From: Malacoraja senta
Lineage: Eukaryota
DNA length: 64,000 nt
Direction of reading: 5' to 3'
NCBI GenBank assembly: GCA_038087875.1
Contig: CM075989.1
Coordinates: 14,324,001 to 14,388,000, forward strand
Shown: positions 10,580 to 24,265 of the stretch, piece after piece
Numbering within the stretch: position 1 is the stretch's first letter
Layout: each line of letters starts with the position of its first letter
Made by a program: the position numbers and the translations under genes
Notes under the pieces: model-generated
Databases searched by the model: none
What the model saw: the letters and a program-made list of their open reading frames with translations, nothing else
What the model was told of the DNA's origin: nothing

Positions 10580-12172
10580 CTTCTTGTGTCAATACAAATG
10601 GCCAGCTTGCCTTGGATCTCAAGACTCTATCCTTTTGGACTAACCTTTCTTGCGGCACCTTGACAAGATCATTGCAGGAGTCAATATCAACTACATCTAT
10701 CACAAGCGTCTCATCAATATATTTAGTTACCTGTTCAAAAAAACTTCTTAAATTAGTCAGACAGGATCTCCTATCATAGACATTTCAGAAGGTCCTGCAG
10801 GGAAAGCTGATCCATAGAAAGGCGAGCTGGCTAATTAGAGCCAAATTTGGCTTGGTGATAAGAGGCAGAGGATGTGGCAGAGGATTCTTTTCTGCTTAGA
10901 GTTCTGTGACCAATGGTGTACCACAGAGATCAATGGTGAAACCCTTGTTTGCGATAGATATTAATGACTTGGATGTGAATGTAGGAGGTATGATTAGTGA
11001 GTTTGCAGATGACATGAAAGTTGGTAGTGCTGTTCATAGCAAGGAAGGTTGTGTAAGGCTGCCGCAGGAAATGGATCAGATAGAAAGTTGGCCAAACTAT
11101 TGGCGGATGGAAATTAATCCCATTAAGTGCAAGGTGGCATTAATTTTTGTGAAAATAATATCATATTTATATAATAGTATTCTTAATAGAGAATTGCCAT
11201 CAACAGAGGCAATTAGAGAAGACTGGGAAAAAGAATTAATGACAACAATTTCTAAAGAAACATGGGAGAGGTATTTGATATATATACATAAATGTTCGAA
11301 TAACGCCAGACATAATTTAATTCAATTTAAAATATTACATAGATTATATTATTCAAAAGTTAGGTTGAATAAATTTTATCCAAATATTTCTCCCATCTGT
11401 GATAAATGTCTTTCTCAAAATGCCAATATCACACATTCTTTCGTTTCTTGCACAAAACTTCATGGATTTTGGTGTGATATATTTGATATATTTACTAGTT
11501 TATTTAAGATAAAAATGGAACCTAATATGGAAACGATTATCTTCGGAGTAATAGGAGACGGAAACAAATTAAATATATCCCAAATTTCATTTTTTAATTA
11601 TGGTTTAATAACAGCAAAAAAACTCATACTTAAATTTTGGAAAAATGCTACTATACCAACACTCAAAATGTGGATTGGTAATATGTTGGAAACTGCCCAC
11701 TTGGAAGAAATGAGACTCCTCCTAATAGATAAACAAGACCAATTCTTAAGGAGTTGGTCTTCATTTATTGACCTTGTGGATTCATGTGGTGCAATAGTAT
11801 TGTAAAATTAAAACATTCTGGGTTTGGGCGAAAAATGATTAAGAATATAAAAAAGCATCGACTTGTGGCAAGGGAGAATCTCCTTTCTGCTTCACTTTCT
11901 TACATATTTCTTTTCTTTATCTCACACTCACTAGACTTTTCTTTACTCTTCACTACTTCTTTCTTTCTCATTTCTTTCTAAAAAAAAAAAAAAAAAGGAA
12001 GTTGTACATAGAATGTTTTAATAATTCTGGGAACCTGTAAAAAGGTACCATCAAAATGTAATGTACTTCTAATAAATAAAATATTTTTTTTTAAAAGAAA
12101 AAAAAAAGTGCAAGGTGGCAGATTTTGGGAAGTTAAATAAAGGAAGGATATTGACAGTAAATGGAAGGGAGC
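10580..12172. mobile_element. Decayed CR1 RT fragment (minus-strand part about 10580-10775, plus-strand part about 10780-12172) interrupted by an L1
   Basis: TNGVPQ...INDLD...FADD...KCKV on the plus strand resumes at 12106 after the L1 insert. Confidence 0.8.
11140..12105 (+). mobile_element. L1-clade LINE, 5'-truncated 3' fragment
   Basis: ORF2 C-terminus with QFKILHRLY and a CxxC..H...C zinc knuckle (CDKC...THSFVSC), stop at 11805, AATAAA and A-rich tail. Perfect 15-bp TSD AAGTGCAAGGTGGCA at 11125-11139 and 12106-12120. Target site TT|AA. Confidence 0.93.
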
Positions 12173-12175
12173 TAA

Positions 12176-13897
12176 AGGGGCTGTCCCACTTGGGCGACCT
12201 AATTGGTGAGTTTAGAAGAGTTTGAAAAAATGACATCTTGAAGACCTCCTTCGACTATGTAGAAGACCTCCTTCGACTATGTTGAAGACTAGCTACGACT
12301 AGCTATGACTAACTTTGGGAAAATTGGACACCGAATAGTGAAGAGTAAAGGGCCTGTCCCACTTAGGAGACCTAAACAGCAACCTCTGGTGACCTTGCCA
12401 GCCACCCAAAAAAAAATCAAGGTCGAGGTGACCTGCAACCTCCTACCACCTCCTATGCATATGTTGAAAACCTTCCTCGACTATGAAGAAAACGTCCTTC
12501 GACCTACAGCGACCTCCTTCGACTATCTTGAAAACTGGTTGCGACCATGCACGTTTTACTCGAGGATGGTCTCTGTTAAATTGGTCCGCGATTGAACAAC
12601 ACCCCCTTTGACCTCAAACAACCAAACTGAAAACCAACAACGACCAGCGTCGACTGGTTACAGCTCAGATGGTCACATGATAAAATGATGTCATGAATGT
12701 ATATTTTTCTTACAATAAAAGCCTCCCAGGTTTTTTAAAAAATCATTCTGAACCATGCGAGCAGGGAAGGAACTAGTTAGTGGATGTTGCAAAAAGTACA
12801 TCTACTACTGTCAGCAGCAGCCCTTTTGCTTCATCAGCCTTTCAAGAGGAAGCACAAGAAGAGGTGTCAGTGGGTGAAGCCCCTCTTGCAAAGAAGATTG
12901 AGGCTTGGACAGTATGGTAACCTGATGAATGTGCTGCAAGAGGAGGATTTGTCTGCATTTAAAATTTTTACTCTTTTGCTGCCTTCAAATGTGGCAATGA
13001 AGGATGGGGTGGTGGTTAGGGGCATTGACTACCTCCCTGTTCTCCTCTTCTAGGGGTCGCTCATGCAGGGCATGTCCTCCTGCCACTCCTCCTACCGGGT
13101 GTGCAACACATGCATGGCTGGCTTTTTGGAGGGTTGTGCCCTACCCCTGCGAGTCTGCCTTTTGGGAGCCATCACTTGTTCAAGTTTCCTCTGCTAAAAG
13201 AACTCTCCAACTATGATTGAGCACGCCCAGGAGTGACAGAGGTCACATGCTTATGTTTACATTGACCTTTTTTTCCACCCTTCGACTACCTTCGAGCTTC
13301 CTTGACTACCTTCGACTAGCATCACAACTGGCTTTGACTAGACCTGCGACTAAAAAATTATCGATTTTTAAAACGGCAACCTATTTTTAGTCAAGGCTGG
13401 TTTTAATCACGATGAAAAAATAGCAGCAACCTAGATGAAGCCTCGACCATGCGGAAACCACTTTCGACCATTAGCGAGAGTGACCAAAACCTCCTGTGAC
13501 CTCGTGAAAACCTTGAGTGGCAGGCAAGGTCACCAGAGGTTGCTGTTTAGGTCTCCTAAGTGGGACAGGCCCTTAAAGACGATCTCCTTCGACCTCCCTT
13601 CGACTATGATGAAGACTATCTCGACTACCCTCGACTACCTTCGACTACCCTTGATTACCTACAACTAACATGACGACCTACTACGACTAAACCTATGAGT
13701 AAAAAAAGTATAGATTTTTTCCATGGCAACCTTTTTTTACTCGCCGGCATTTTTTAACATATTGAAAAAAACGCCGCGACCTAGCTGAGGCCTCGAGTAC
13801 GCGCAGACCACTCTCGAGCATGAAGGAGAGTTACGAAGACCTCCTATGACCTCGTGTCGACCATGCTGCGAGTATGAGTCGAGGGCAAACTCGCCAG
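12176..13897. mobile_element. PIF/Harbinger MITE (same family as 4070-8478), right TIR lost, split by a related element
   Basis: TAA + AGGGGCTGTCCCACTTGGGCGACCTAAT at the left. Continues after 13576. Homology to the first copy ends at 13897. Confidence 0.88.
12349..13573 (+). mobile_element. Internally deleted PIF/Harbinger transposon with a transposase N-terminal remnant
   Basis: 51-bp perfect TIRs, TAA TSD (12346-12348 and 13574-13576). ORF 12784.. reads KRCQWVKPLLQRRLRLGQYGNLMNVLQEEDLSAFK, resembling Harbinger transposase N-termini. Confidence 0.9.
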
Positions 13898-15215
13898 TTC
13901 CAAGAGTTTGGCCTGATGATGCTGGAGATCCAGATGATTGTTCTATGTCGTGTTTTGCATGAATCCAGATGCATTAGTCTGTTTGTTTAATAAGATTTTG
14001 CTAGATTGCAGAGTTCAAATAGAATATCATTACTATATGATCAGCAACAAGCAAGTTCCAGAAAAAAATAAATTCACTTTAATACTAACAATGAAAAATG
14101 AGTAGAATTCTAACACTAGCACTTATAATTTTCAAACTTTATTCTTGAATAGAAGCCAATTAAACTGATTTAAGTATCAGGATAAATCATACCACTAATT
14201 TTTGATTCGTGGCAGCAACCTATCTACCACTTATTTATTGTATTTTTGTGCAAATTAGATAGTTTGCATTTCTCTGCTGTATGTAAACAGAGTAATAATA
14301 TGCCTTCACATCCCAGAGGACAATATTTATTCCAATTGAGACTGAACAGTGATGCCATGGAAACCTTCAAATTGATTCAGTAAGAGAGCAACCAGATGGA
14401 CCAGGATTAATTCCAGATGAGGGGATCTCAAGGTTGATACTTGGAAGACCAACTGGCAATCATCAGACTAACTGAAATATGGTAGTGTGAATTAGAAGAG
14501 ATCAGAGAATGACTGTGCAGCTTGTTTAAATGTCACTGTTTACCTACGAACTGGAAATTGGTGACAGCCCAAAGAAAAGGTCTGAAACAGTGTTCATTTT
14601 CCAGATCTAAAACAACATTACAAGATATACTGAGCTTCGTAGCACATTATGTAACACTGTTGTTTATACTGTTCTCAATTACAATTCAAAATCTTTATGA
14701 AGTATTGTGTCAAAGTACCACCTTTCCTAAGTGGAAGTCTTATTAAACCTTGCCATTGACAATATAATGTCTCCACATGTTGGAGCTCCTCCCTGTATCT
14801 CAAATAAAGTTAGGCATAGACGCAGCTCAACACATTGAGTCTGATTAAGCTCACTGGACCTAGATGTTGCACAATGCCCACAGTCGCTCTTGCAGCTCCA
14901 AGCACCTCCCAGCTCTGCTCTGACATCTTGATACAACCCCTGGGCCTTGCTGTGCGGTGGAGGGCTGCCATTGATAAATTGGCTACAGAGAGAATATGCT
15001 GAGGCCCCACATTCTTCACCACCACCAAAAAAAACCTGGAGTTGCTGTTATAGTCATACAATGCAGAAGCAGGCACTTTGGCCCAACTTGTCCATGCCAC
15101 CAAGATGCCCCATCCAAGCTAGTCCCATCTGCATGCGTTTGACCCATATCTCCCTAAACCTTTCCTATCCATGTACCAGTCCAAATGTCTTTGAAATGTT
15201 GTTCTAGTCCCAGCC

Positions 15216-15715
15216 TAGGGTTGCCAACTTTCTCACTCCCAAATAAGGGACAAAAGGTCAAAATAAGGGACAAATTCCCGACAGCAATTCGTTGACCGAC
15301 TTGGGTGCTGGACTGCACACAAAACCCAGCCGGCAGGCCAGCTGAGGGGTTCTGGCACGGGCACCGGACTTTGTGCGCGACGTTGCGCCCAAAGTCCGGC
15401 ACCCCATCCAACTTTATGAACCGATGGTTGGCCATGAGAAGGATGGGTGGTGGTGTCGGCGGTAAGCGAAGGTCCGAAGGACGGACAGCTGGTCAGGCTG
15501 CCGACTGACGGGGCCAGTGCAGAGCTGCTGCACTCCATGGGCTGCACTACGTCGGGACGGGTGAGGCGGGGCCGGACGCGACGCTCCGACCCAACAGTCC
15601 TCTTATCCCGAGTAGTAGCAGTCAAATACAGGACAAGGGTGGTCACGTATGGGACAAACCAATTTAGCCCAATATACGGGATGTCCCGGCTAATACGGGA
15701 CAGTTGGCAAACTTA
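15216..15715. mobile_element. hAT-type MITE
   Basis: TIRs TAGGGTTGCCAAC / GTTGGCAAACTTA, 8-bp TSD tcccagcc / tccctgcc (1 mismatch), subterminal aaata.gggaca repeats. Confidence 0.85.
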
Positions 15716-16066
15716 TCCCTGCCTCAACTCCTTCTGTGGCAGCTCATTCCATATACTTACCATCCTCTGTGCGATGAAGCTGCCCCTCAGGTTCCTATTA
15801 AATCCTTCCCCTTTCACCTTAAACCTATGTCCGGGTAAAAGACTCTGTGTGTTCATTCTATCTATTCCCCTCATGATTTTATACACCTCTATAGGATCAT
15901 TCCTCAGCTTCCTGCACTCCAAGGAATAAAGCCCTAGCCCTCCCAACCTCTCCCTATAGCTCAGGCCCTCGAGTCCTGACATCATCCTCGTAAATCTTCT
16001 GTGCACTATTTCCAGCTTATTATCCTTGTTATAACAAGGTGACCAAAACTGAACACAATATTCCAA

Positions 16067-16375
16067 AGGTGGTGGCAACAGTAGTGCAGCGGCAGAGTTG
16101 CTGCCTTACAGCGACAGCGACCCAGGTTCGATCCTGACCACCGGTGCTGTCTGTATGGAGTTTGTACATTCTCCTTGTGACCACATGGGTTTTCTCCAGG
16201 TGCTCTGGTTTTCTCCCATGCTCCCAAAATGTACAGGTTTGTCAGATAATCGGCTTCTGTAAATTGTCCTCAGTGTATAGGATAGTGTACGGGCTGATCG
16301 CTGGTCGGCATGGACTTAGTGGGCTGAAGGGCCTGTGTCCATACTGTAACTCTAAAGACTAAAGTAAAGTCTAAA
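16067..16375 (+). mobile_element. tRNA-derived SINE (HE1/V-SINE-like)
   Basis: B-box ggttcgatcc, V-domain-like tggagtttgtacattctcc...tccaggtgctctggttttctccca, CR1-like 3' end, (ctaaa)-type tail. Confidence 0.85.
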
Positions 16376-17587
16376 GACTTCAGCAACGTGTTGTAGGACT
16401 GTAACTTGTCATCTCAATTTCAATACTCAATACATGGACTGATGAAGGCCAATGTAGCATTCTTGACCATCCTGTCAACCTGTGATACCACGTTCAGGGA
16501 ACCATATACCTGTACTTCTAGATCCTTGTACTCAACAACACTTTCCAGGATCCTACAATCACTGTGAAGGCCCTGCCCTAGTTTGACCTCCCAAAATGCA
16601 ACACTCACACTTATCTGTATTAAACTCCATTAGCCATTCCTCAGCCCACCTGCCCAACTGATCAAGATGCTGCTGTAATTTTTGATAACCATCTTCACTT
16701 TCTACGATACCACCCACTTTAGTGTCATCAGCAAACTTATTAATCATGCCATGTACATTCTCATGCAAATTGTTAATATACACTGAAGACAGTTCTAATT
16801 ATGATTATTGAGAGTCGTAGAGTCATAGAACTATATAGCACTGAAACAGGCCCTGCAATCCACCTTGTCCATGCCAACCAAGTTTGCATTCTGGGCTAAT
16901 TCTATTAGCCCACATGTGGCCGACATCCCTCTCAACCCTACCTAGCCATATATCTGTCCAAAGGTCTTTCAAAAGTTGTAATTGTATCCATTTCCTCCGG
17001 CAGCTAATTCCAGATACGGCCTACCTCCGAATGAAAAAGATTGCCCCCAAAGACACCTCTTAAATCTTTCCCCTCTCATGTTAAATTCACCTCTAGTTTT
17101 GAAGAAAACCTCTAATCTGCAGAAGGATCCTGACTTGAAACATCACCTATCCATTTTTGACAGAGATGCTGCCTGCCCCACTGAATTACTCCAACATTTT
17201 GTGTCTATCTCTAGTTTTGGAATGTTCTCTTTAGAGCTTGATGTGATTCTTGATGTACCTTCAGTATTTTGAATTCTTGAAATAAGTATTAATTTCAAGC
17301 AAGGCTCAACTGCAATGTATTTCAGTCGAATATTACCTAGGAAGAACAATATTTTAAAGTAGTTTGAGCACTTTGTATTCATGTTACCTACGAAATATAA
17401 AGTGCTCCCTGAATTAGATCTTTCAGTCTGATTTGACTGCAATATCACACGCTCATTAATCCTGCATCACAAGTAAACAAGCCATTGCTGAAGGAAGTCA
17501 TTTAGTTGAAGACGTATGCAAGATAAAATGTCAATTGCATAAGAAGCCTCTACACCTCTGTGACATGTCATGAATAATTGTATCCTA

Positions 17588-17875
17588 AATGTTCAAGGGG
17601 AAAAGATTTAATAGGAATCTGAGGGGTAACCTTTTCACACAAAGGGTGGTGTGTGTATGGAACAAGCTGCCAGAGGAAGTAGTTGAGGTAGGGATTATCT
17701 CAACATTTAAGAAACAGTTAGACAGGTACATGGATAGGACAGGTTTGGAGGGATATGGACCAAACGCGGGCTGGTGGGATTGGAGTAGCTGGAGCTGGGA
17801 CACATTGGCCGGTGTGGGCAGGTTGGCCGAAGGACCTGCTTCCACACTGTATCACTCTATTACTCTATGACTCTA
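17588..17875 (+). mobile_element. CR1 3' end fragment
   Basis: GKRFNRNLRGNLFTQRVV.VWNKLP followed by a (ctctatga) tail. Confidence 0.88.
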
Positions 17876-18572
17876 AATGCAAATTAATTATTCTTCAGTG
17901 ATCTAAAGTTAACCTAAAGTTAGTTTTTAGGTTATAGTTTGATAAATTTCATGTCAATTTATGTCTTAATTCTATCCAGTTAGTACATAAACCCTTTCTC
18001 TAGTTTGCCCAGTTTAAAGAGAATACCAGGCATTAACAGTGTGTAACATATATTTAGTCAAATAATTTAGTTTTAGGTTCTGCAGAATAGTACCAGCCTC
18101 CATGCATATGTCTTTGGTATGATATTTTAGTGTTGATTTTAGCAAGTCATGTTTGCAATGGGAATCACTTCCATTAGAATAACACTAAATATTCTGGTAG
18201 CAAACAAGTACTCCTGGGTCAACTCATATACATTATTAAGAGATATCAGTGGAAATCTGTGTTCAGAGCATAGACCAGTGTGGGAGTGAAATTTTGATGG
18301 AATGAAACATCAAAATCTGAACATTTTCAGCGAGGCTGAATAATGTGTCAGTTCACCGTCATCCTTTACAGCAGCTGCTGAGACTAAGCAGTTAGTAATG
18401 TGCTCGTGTGAGACTGTGCTTACAGATTATCAGGCCAGCCCTATGATGCATGCTGGGAGAAGGCTTCCTTGTAACAAATACCACTGTCTTACATTGTTTG
18501 ATGATCTCGATGCATATGAACACTCTTCGTCCAGCCATTGTCAGATAATTGTATCAAAACCCCACACATATA

Positions 18573-18910
18573 GGTGGAGCAATGGTGCAGCTGCTAGAGT
18601 CACTGCCATAGAGCTCCAGTGGCCCAGGTTCAATGCTGACCTCTGCTGTCGGTGTGCCCCTGTGTCCACATGCAGTTCCTCTGGGTCCTCCAGTTTCCCC
18701 CAAAATCCCAAAGATGTGTGGGTTGTTTGTTTAATTGGCCACTATAAATTGTCCCCACTGGTGTAGGTAAATGGTAGAATATGGTGTGGGTGGGGGGAGG
18801 GGGGGGTGGGGGGAGTTAATGGGAATGTGAGGAGAATAAAATAGAATGAGTCTAATGTTAATGTAAGTAGTTAGCTGATGGTTAGCACAAAGTGATTTCC
18901 TTGCTGTATG
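18573..18910 (+). mobile_element. Decayed V-SINE-like element
   Basis: Diverged similarity to 16067-16375. Confidence 0.6.
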
Positions 18911-20391
18911 ACTGATTTGATAGGTGAAGTTTGGGCAGGTTCAGCCCAAAAAACATTTCTTCCCATTGATCGCTGTATTTGGAGGAAATCAAAAAGTGCA
19001 GATGATGTAAATCTGAAATAAAAACACAAAATACTGAGAACACTCAGCAGATAAGACAGCATCTGTGGTAGGAGAAACAGAGTTTATGTTACAAGTTGAA
19101 GGCACTTTGTCAGAAGTGATGTTTAAGAAGGAACTGCAGATGCTGGAAAATCGAAGGTAGCAAAAATGCTGGAGAAACTCAGCGGGAGTGATAGCCACTT
19201 ATCCAATGATACAGATATGGCTGCCAAAAGCTGGTCGCGTTTCTTGTCAGCTATTACATTTTTCCAATAAGCGTGGATCATGCCAAGTAATTCACTTGAT
19301 TGGAGTAGGCTGGAGTTGCCCACATATATATCGGAATGTAGACCTCCAATTTTTTATTGTTACTGACAAGATTCATAAATGAGCAGCCACTGTGCTGGAT
19401 GTCCACAGAATATTGAGGGAGAGAGGATTGATGTGTCTCCGCTGTATTATAAGCACCATGGTTTGTCATGGATCAATCAAATAAGCAATGAGGTAACTTA
19501 TTTCCCTGTCCTTTTGACTATAGAAAAATACTCAATATTCAACTTGGGGCAAGCAGGGAGAAGGGCCTCTCAAAGTCATCCTTCTGGGCTGAGCCATTAA
19601 ATGAGGGTGTGAGCAACCCTCCAAAAGCTGGCTCATTTGACCACAGTGCTGACCCAGTTAAAAATTATTGAAAAATAAATCATGCATGGAGTTCTCCCTT
19701 GGTTTTCATTGTTTACTAATGTCATTAATCCAGTATACCTCATCTGCAGGTGAAAAATCAGCTGTACAAGCAAATGCAAAGGAGGGAAATATATTATGAA
19801 ATAAAACCATGCTGATGCAAAAGCATAGAGTGTTTACTAACTGTAGCAACTAGATACAAAGGTTACTCCTACACAATCTTTTCCCTCCAGCCATTTGTGC
19901 TTTCCCCTTTAGCATCAACAGCCGGAGGTGCACTAATGGCACTGGCAATCAGCTGCCATGAATTTGAGGAAATCTCAGCAAGTTTAGACTGACACATTTT
20001 TATACATATGAAAAGTGTCAATTGACTTGACAACTTAAGATGGAGCCTGAAACATGGCGGCTCTTGGGTTTTGACTCCGTGGGGTCTACTGTCTAAAACT
20101 CTTGCACTTAGTATGAATGTGCCTAATATATAGTAGGATGCAAAAAAATTGTACTTAGATATCCGTGACAATAAAGTGGCATTGAACAATTAATGGTTGC
20201 TTCTACTGAATATTTTACTCCACATTTCACCCTTTTTACCCATTGACTATTGTGACCATTCTGCATTTGGTGTGTTGAAAGTTATGTATATCATTTGAAG
20301 ATTGCTATTAATCGATAATATTCATTTGATCTGTAATATATTTACATAATATTACACTTTGTTTTTGAACATGGAACTTTTGTCTCTACAG

Positions 20392-20525
20392 AGTAAAAAA
20401 CAAGACATTACTCGTGAAGAACAGGGTCCCAGCAATAAAAATCTGGAATTCTGGCCTAAGCTCATTACTTTGATGGTTTCTTGTGTAGAAGAGGACAAGG
20501 CAGCCTATGCTTCTATCCTCAACCA
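20392..20525 (+). CDS. UNC13C: UNC13C-like coding exon ([45 protein letters not shown])
   Basis: Acceptor tctctacAG, donor GTaagt, 134 bp, phase 0/2. SKKQD..RE.QGP resembles the UNC13C paralog. Confidence 0.95.
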
Positions 20526-23500
20526 GTAAGTAAAGTTATACATTTTAGCTTCAGTTCTGATGTCGTCCTTGTGCTAAATGTGAAGATGATTTTTGAAACA
20601 TAATTAAACCTTAGATCTTGCTGTCAATAAAAATAGAGAAACTCCAAGGCAAAGGATTACAATCATTTTTTCAATGATAATCTCATATTTTTATTAAACA
20701 TTTACAATTGTGTTGCAATAAATGAACAAGACTGGGAAAAAATTTAAACCTTTCTGCTGTGGGAGGGGGGTGGTGCAGGAAGGACTTGTTGAACAGAAAT
20801 ATTTGGCAGCTTTTTGAAATCATGATTTTACCATGTGGAGATCTGTTAAATTTTATTAAAGAGATAACATTTTCACTGCTTCTGTCTGACAGAAATTATA
20901 GGTGGACATTTTTCATATGTTGACACTTTTGTGTTTGAAGATTCTTCAGTATGGCTGTACAAACTTTGGGAATGTAGCCTTAGACAAAAAACGAGCGTTA
21001 ATAATCTGCAAAAGCAGGAAGAGTGAGTACTGATCGGATTGTGTCAGGATCCAAAATATCCAACCCTCTGTTCCAAAATGAAATTTGCATAATTACACAT
21101 TACTGTCATAATTTATTAAATAGAGATTTCTGGCCAACAAGCCACAAATTTACTTTGACAGTTAATGTTTATTTATGACCATAAATTGTTGCTGCTGCCA
21201 ATAAATTTGCAACAATAGTATTTATGCTCTAAATAGGAAATTTATAATCTGTTTGAAGGCAATTCTTGGCTTGATCCACCATGTGTCAATAAAATTACCC
21301 CCCCAGTCTATCTGTGTTAAAGACCATCCATTACATAGGACTCAAATCTTCCAATAGATTAATCTTTCACTAAATGCATTAAAATATGCTACCATAAAGT
21401 GCAGGGGAGTTTCGACATACTGGTGATGTAAAATTCAGGTATAAAGTCATGTGCAAACCAAATGTGACCATATTTAGTTCATTTTGCATTATCCAGCTGG
21501 GTACTACCAGGTCTGGGTCTCGCATTTCAGTTTTCTATTCAGATATGCATTAAATTGCTTATTTGCCCAGGCTCTTAGACCATTTGGAGCAAATTAGACA
21601 ACTTATGCTCGGGTTGTCTCTTGTTGGTTATTCCCTGGACAACCGGGTATTTACAGTTTACTGTGTCCCATAGCTACCTTTTATCTTTTATTGTCCTTCC
21701 CACTATCCAAGATCCCAGTTAGTACACCCAGCAAACTCCACACTGACCCTCACCCGAATGACCCAGGCCCAATCCCCCACCCAACTATTTCCTCACTAAC
21801 TCTCTGATTGATCCGAGCCTCATCCACCACACGTCCTTGGTGGGCAGTCTGACCCAAGTCCAATCTAGGCCTACAATTGCTATCCCTCTCTTTCCCAGGA
21901 TGCAGTATTGGCCTGAACACTCTTCATCCCCCAAATTAAGTATTGGCTGTAAAATGCCATCCAAATCCTAGAGTGCTGTGAAGTTCACAGAGGTAGGCTC
22001 AATGACCTGCTGTTGCTTTCATTATTACCATCTAGAATACCTAGGCAAGTACACTGGTATCTCTAAATACCTGTACTAAAGAACAGGTTTTCCATTCTAA
22101 AGAACTGAATAGATCAAGACTCCAAACAAAATACGGTCTGTGTTTGCTAACTGCATATCTCTCCAAGTGCAGTCCAGATGAAAACAAGTGGGGCAGACAA
22201 ATTGAGGCAATTAAATTATTTAACCTAGCATTAATATTACATAATATAGTACTAGTGAATGGTGCTTGGAATATTTACATTTCCAATCTCTGCTATTTGA
22301 GTGATAGATTAACCTATTGAGTTTAACCAAAGTAAATTCTTCCACTAGAGTGGAACTTTCGCAGACATGTTGAGCATGTTACAATACTATGGTAAAATTG
22401 ATGTGGCATTTATTATTTGGTGAATCTACGATGTCTGCAGAGTAAAGCTGAGGATGTCTTTCAAGCAATTTGCTGAATTTTTAATTATTCATTGCTGTGT
22501 GAAAATGTTACGTCACGATCTTTGCCAGGCTTAGCCCCGGCATGCTCAGCCACTTTGGGCCATCATTTTGTCCAAAACCATTAGTTGTAGTGGTTATCAA
22601 TCTTGAGATTTATTTGAAAACCAGTTGATCTGTCAACATGGATTTTCTTTCAGGCGGCTCGTTCTATGACCTTTAAGTAACAATATTCAATTGCTTAACT
22701 TAAACTTAATAGGACTTGAAAAATGGCTTTTCTGTTCAAAGGTGAGATTAAATACTGTCTGCAAATTTCAGCCAATCTAAATAATCTTTACAGTTTTTCT
22801 GTGTTTGCCCAGAGTAGAAATATTCATGTTCATCGGGTATCCTGAAGTTCAACTGACTTTTACTGTAATGTAAATGTAAGATCTGAGCTTCTATTGTGCT
22901 AGTGAACAAGTTATATATTCACTGAAAGTCCATGCAATTAAAATCACCTAATAGGTAAATTGAGGATATTGAGATGCTACAGCTCTTATTATTTCCAAAC
23001 CTGCATGCAGTATTTTGTCGGGTTCTAAGATTCACAAACTACACTGGATTTTATACATATTTAAATTGTTCACTAGTTGTTCCAACTCCTTGGTCACAAA
23101 ATAGTATTTCAATAAATTACACATTTCTTTGTCCATGCTCTTGCCTTAGACCTTCATCTCATTTTATAACCCTCTTAAATTGGAATCATTTCTGCATTTC
23201 TGAAACATTCTTCTGGCAAAGTACAACTCCATCTTCGGTTCCAAAAAATTGAATAGTTTTAATGAAGGCACAATTTCCAACATGCAGATTTTGTCCATTA
23301 AAAAAATGATTTGGGCTTCAGAGGATGTGATTAGAGAATCAACAGCCATCTGTGGCATTACCCCCACCAAAGCACATATGCAGAATTAATATATGTGTAG
23401 AGCAACCAGATGCTGCTTCTGAAAATTTATGGATGCTTTGAGAGTCAAGTTTCTGGGAGTGTGGAAAATTCATTAACTATGTCAATATAGATATAGCCAA

Positions 23501-23571
23501 TTCAAACAGGTATAATAGATTCACTGGCTTCCAGCTACTTCCTTGTGATTCCCTCTTATCAAGTTAAAATA

Positions 23572-23692
23572 AAGAAGGGTCTCGACCCGAAACGTCACTT
23601 TCTCTCCAGAGATGCTGCCTGTCACGCTGAGTTACTCCAGCATTTTGTGTCTATCTTCGATTTAAACCAGCATCTGCAGTTCTTTCCGACAC
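23572..23692 (+). repeat. Penelope-terminal-repeat-derived short repeat; related copies at about 17120-17210, 19000-19190, 30290-30420, 33095-33230, 43590-43990, 53855-53970, 54410-54545, 61885-61970
   Basis: Shared motif gaagggtctcgacccgaaacgtcac...agatgctgcctg...ctgagttactccagca, homologous to the end of the Penelope element at 24270-24400. Confidence 0.75.
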
Positions 23693-24265
23693 AGAAAATG
23701 AAGAATGATGGATCACTGGAATTGTTGAATTGTTGATTACTTCAGAAAGCACACATAAGACACAATATTATCTTACCAAAAGTATGAGATTAAATTCTGG
23801 AAGATTAATTTATTTTACTAATAAAATTAGTCACATTTCTGAAGAAGATGAGTAAATGCTTTTCCTTTAATCAACTTTTCTTTTTAATCACTCATCAATA
23901 TCCTGAAACAGATCTCATTTCTATTCCATTAAGAACAAAAGACCTTGACATTTTAAATCATCTACTGGCAAATGGAAAAGTTAATTTATTATGTAATCTC
24001 AAAAGAAATTTACTTAAAAATGTAACTGTTTAATATCTAATTTTGGGGTCCTTTGTCACAAAGAAATTTCACCCAGTAAAGTTTTGAATTAAATTGGTTG
24101 ACTTTATGTTGCTTTGACAATGCCAGGTCTCCCACAGTAGGTTTGGACTTTAAATGAGAACAATTCAATCACAGCAAAGTAAAATGGAGTGGGAGAATAG
24201 ATGAGATTACTCAAATCTCTGGGCAGGTTTCATCAGAATTTGAAAATAGACATAAAATAAGATAT

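Larger units (their letters stand above)
15050..16785 (-). mobile_element. Decayed CR1 3' half interrupted by a hAT MITE and a SINE
   Basis: Track ORFs 15713..16078 (LEYCVQFWSP...RRFTRM) and 16559..16783 (YINNL...KFADDTK). Confidence 0.9.

Noticed and set aside
12240..13700. Regularly recurring cttcgacta motifs resembling a repeat-spacer array
   Set aside because: Short, irregularly spaced subterminal transposon repeats in eukaryotic DNA; no cas genes; not CRISPR.
15154..15929. Several 90-160 aa ORFs on both strands
   Set aside because: They overlap a GC-rich hAT MITE and a CR1 remnant.
16067..16145. tRNA-like A/B boxes (also at about 37766 and 55770)
   Set aside because: They continue into SINE body and tail and do not form a full cloverleaf; these are SINE heads, not tRNA genes.
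19869..20070. Pyrimidine tracts with AG and unique-looking sequence upstream of an exon; similar unique blocks at about 1130-1500 and 46170-46460
   Set aside because: No donor or Munc13 homology, and the flanking exons already join in frame. Conserved-enhancer status needs cross-species alignment that I cannot run.
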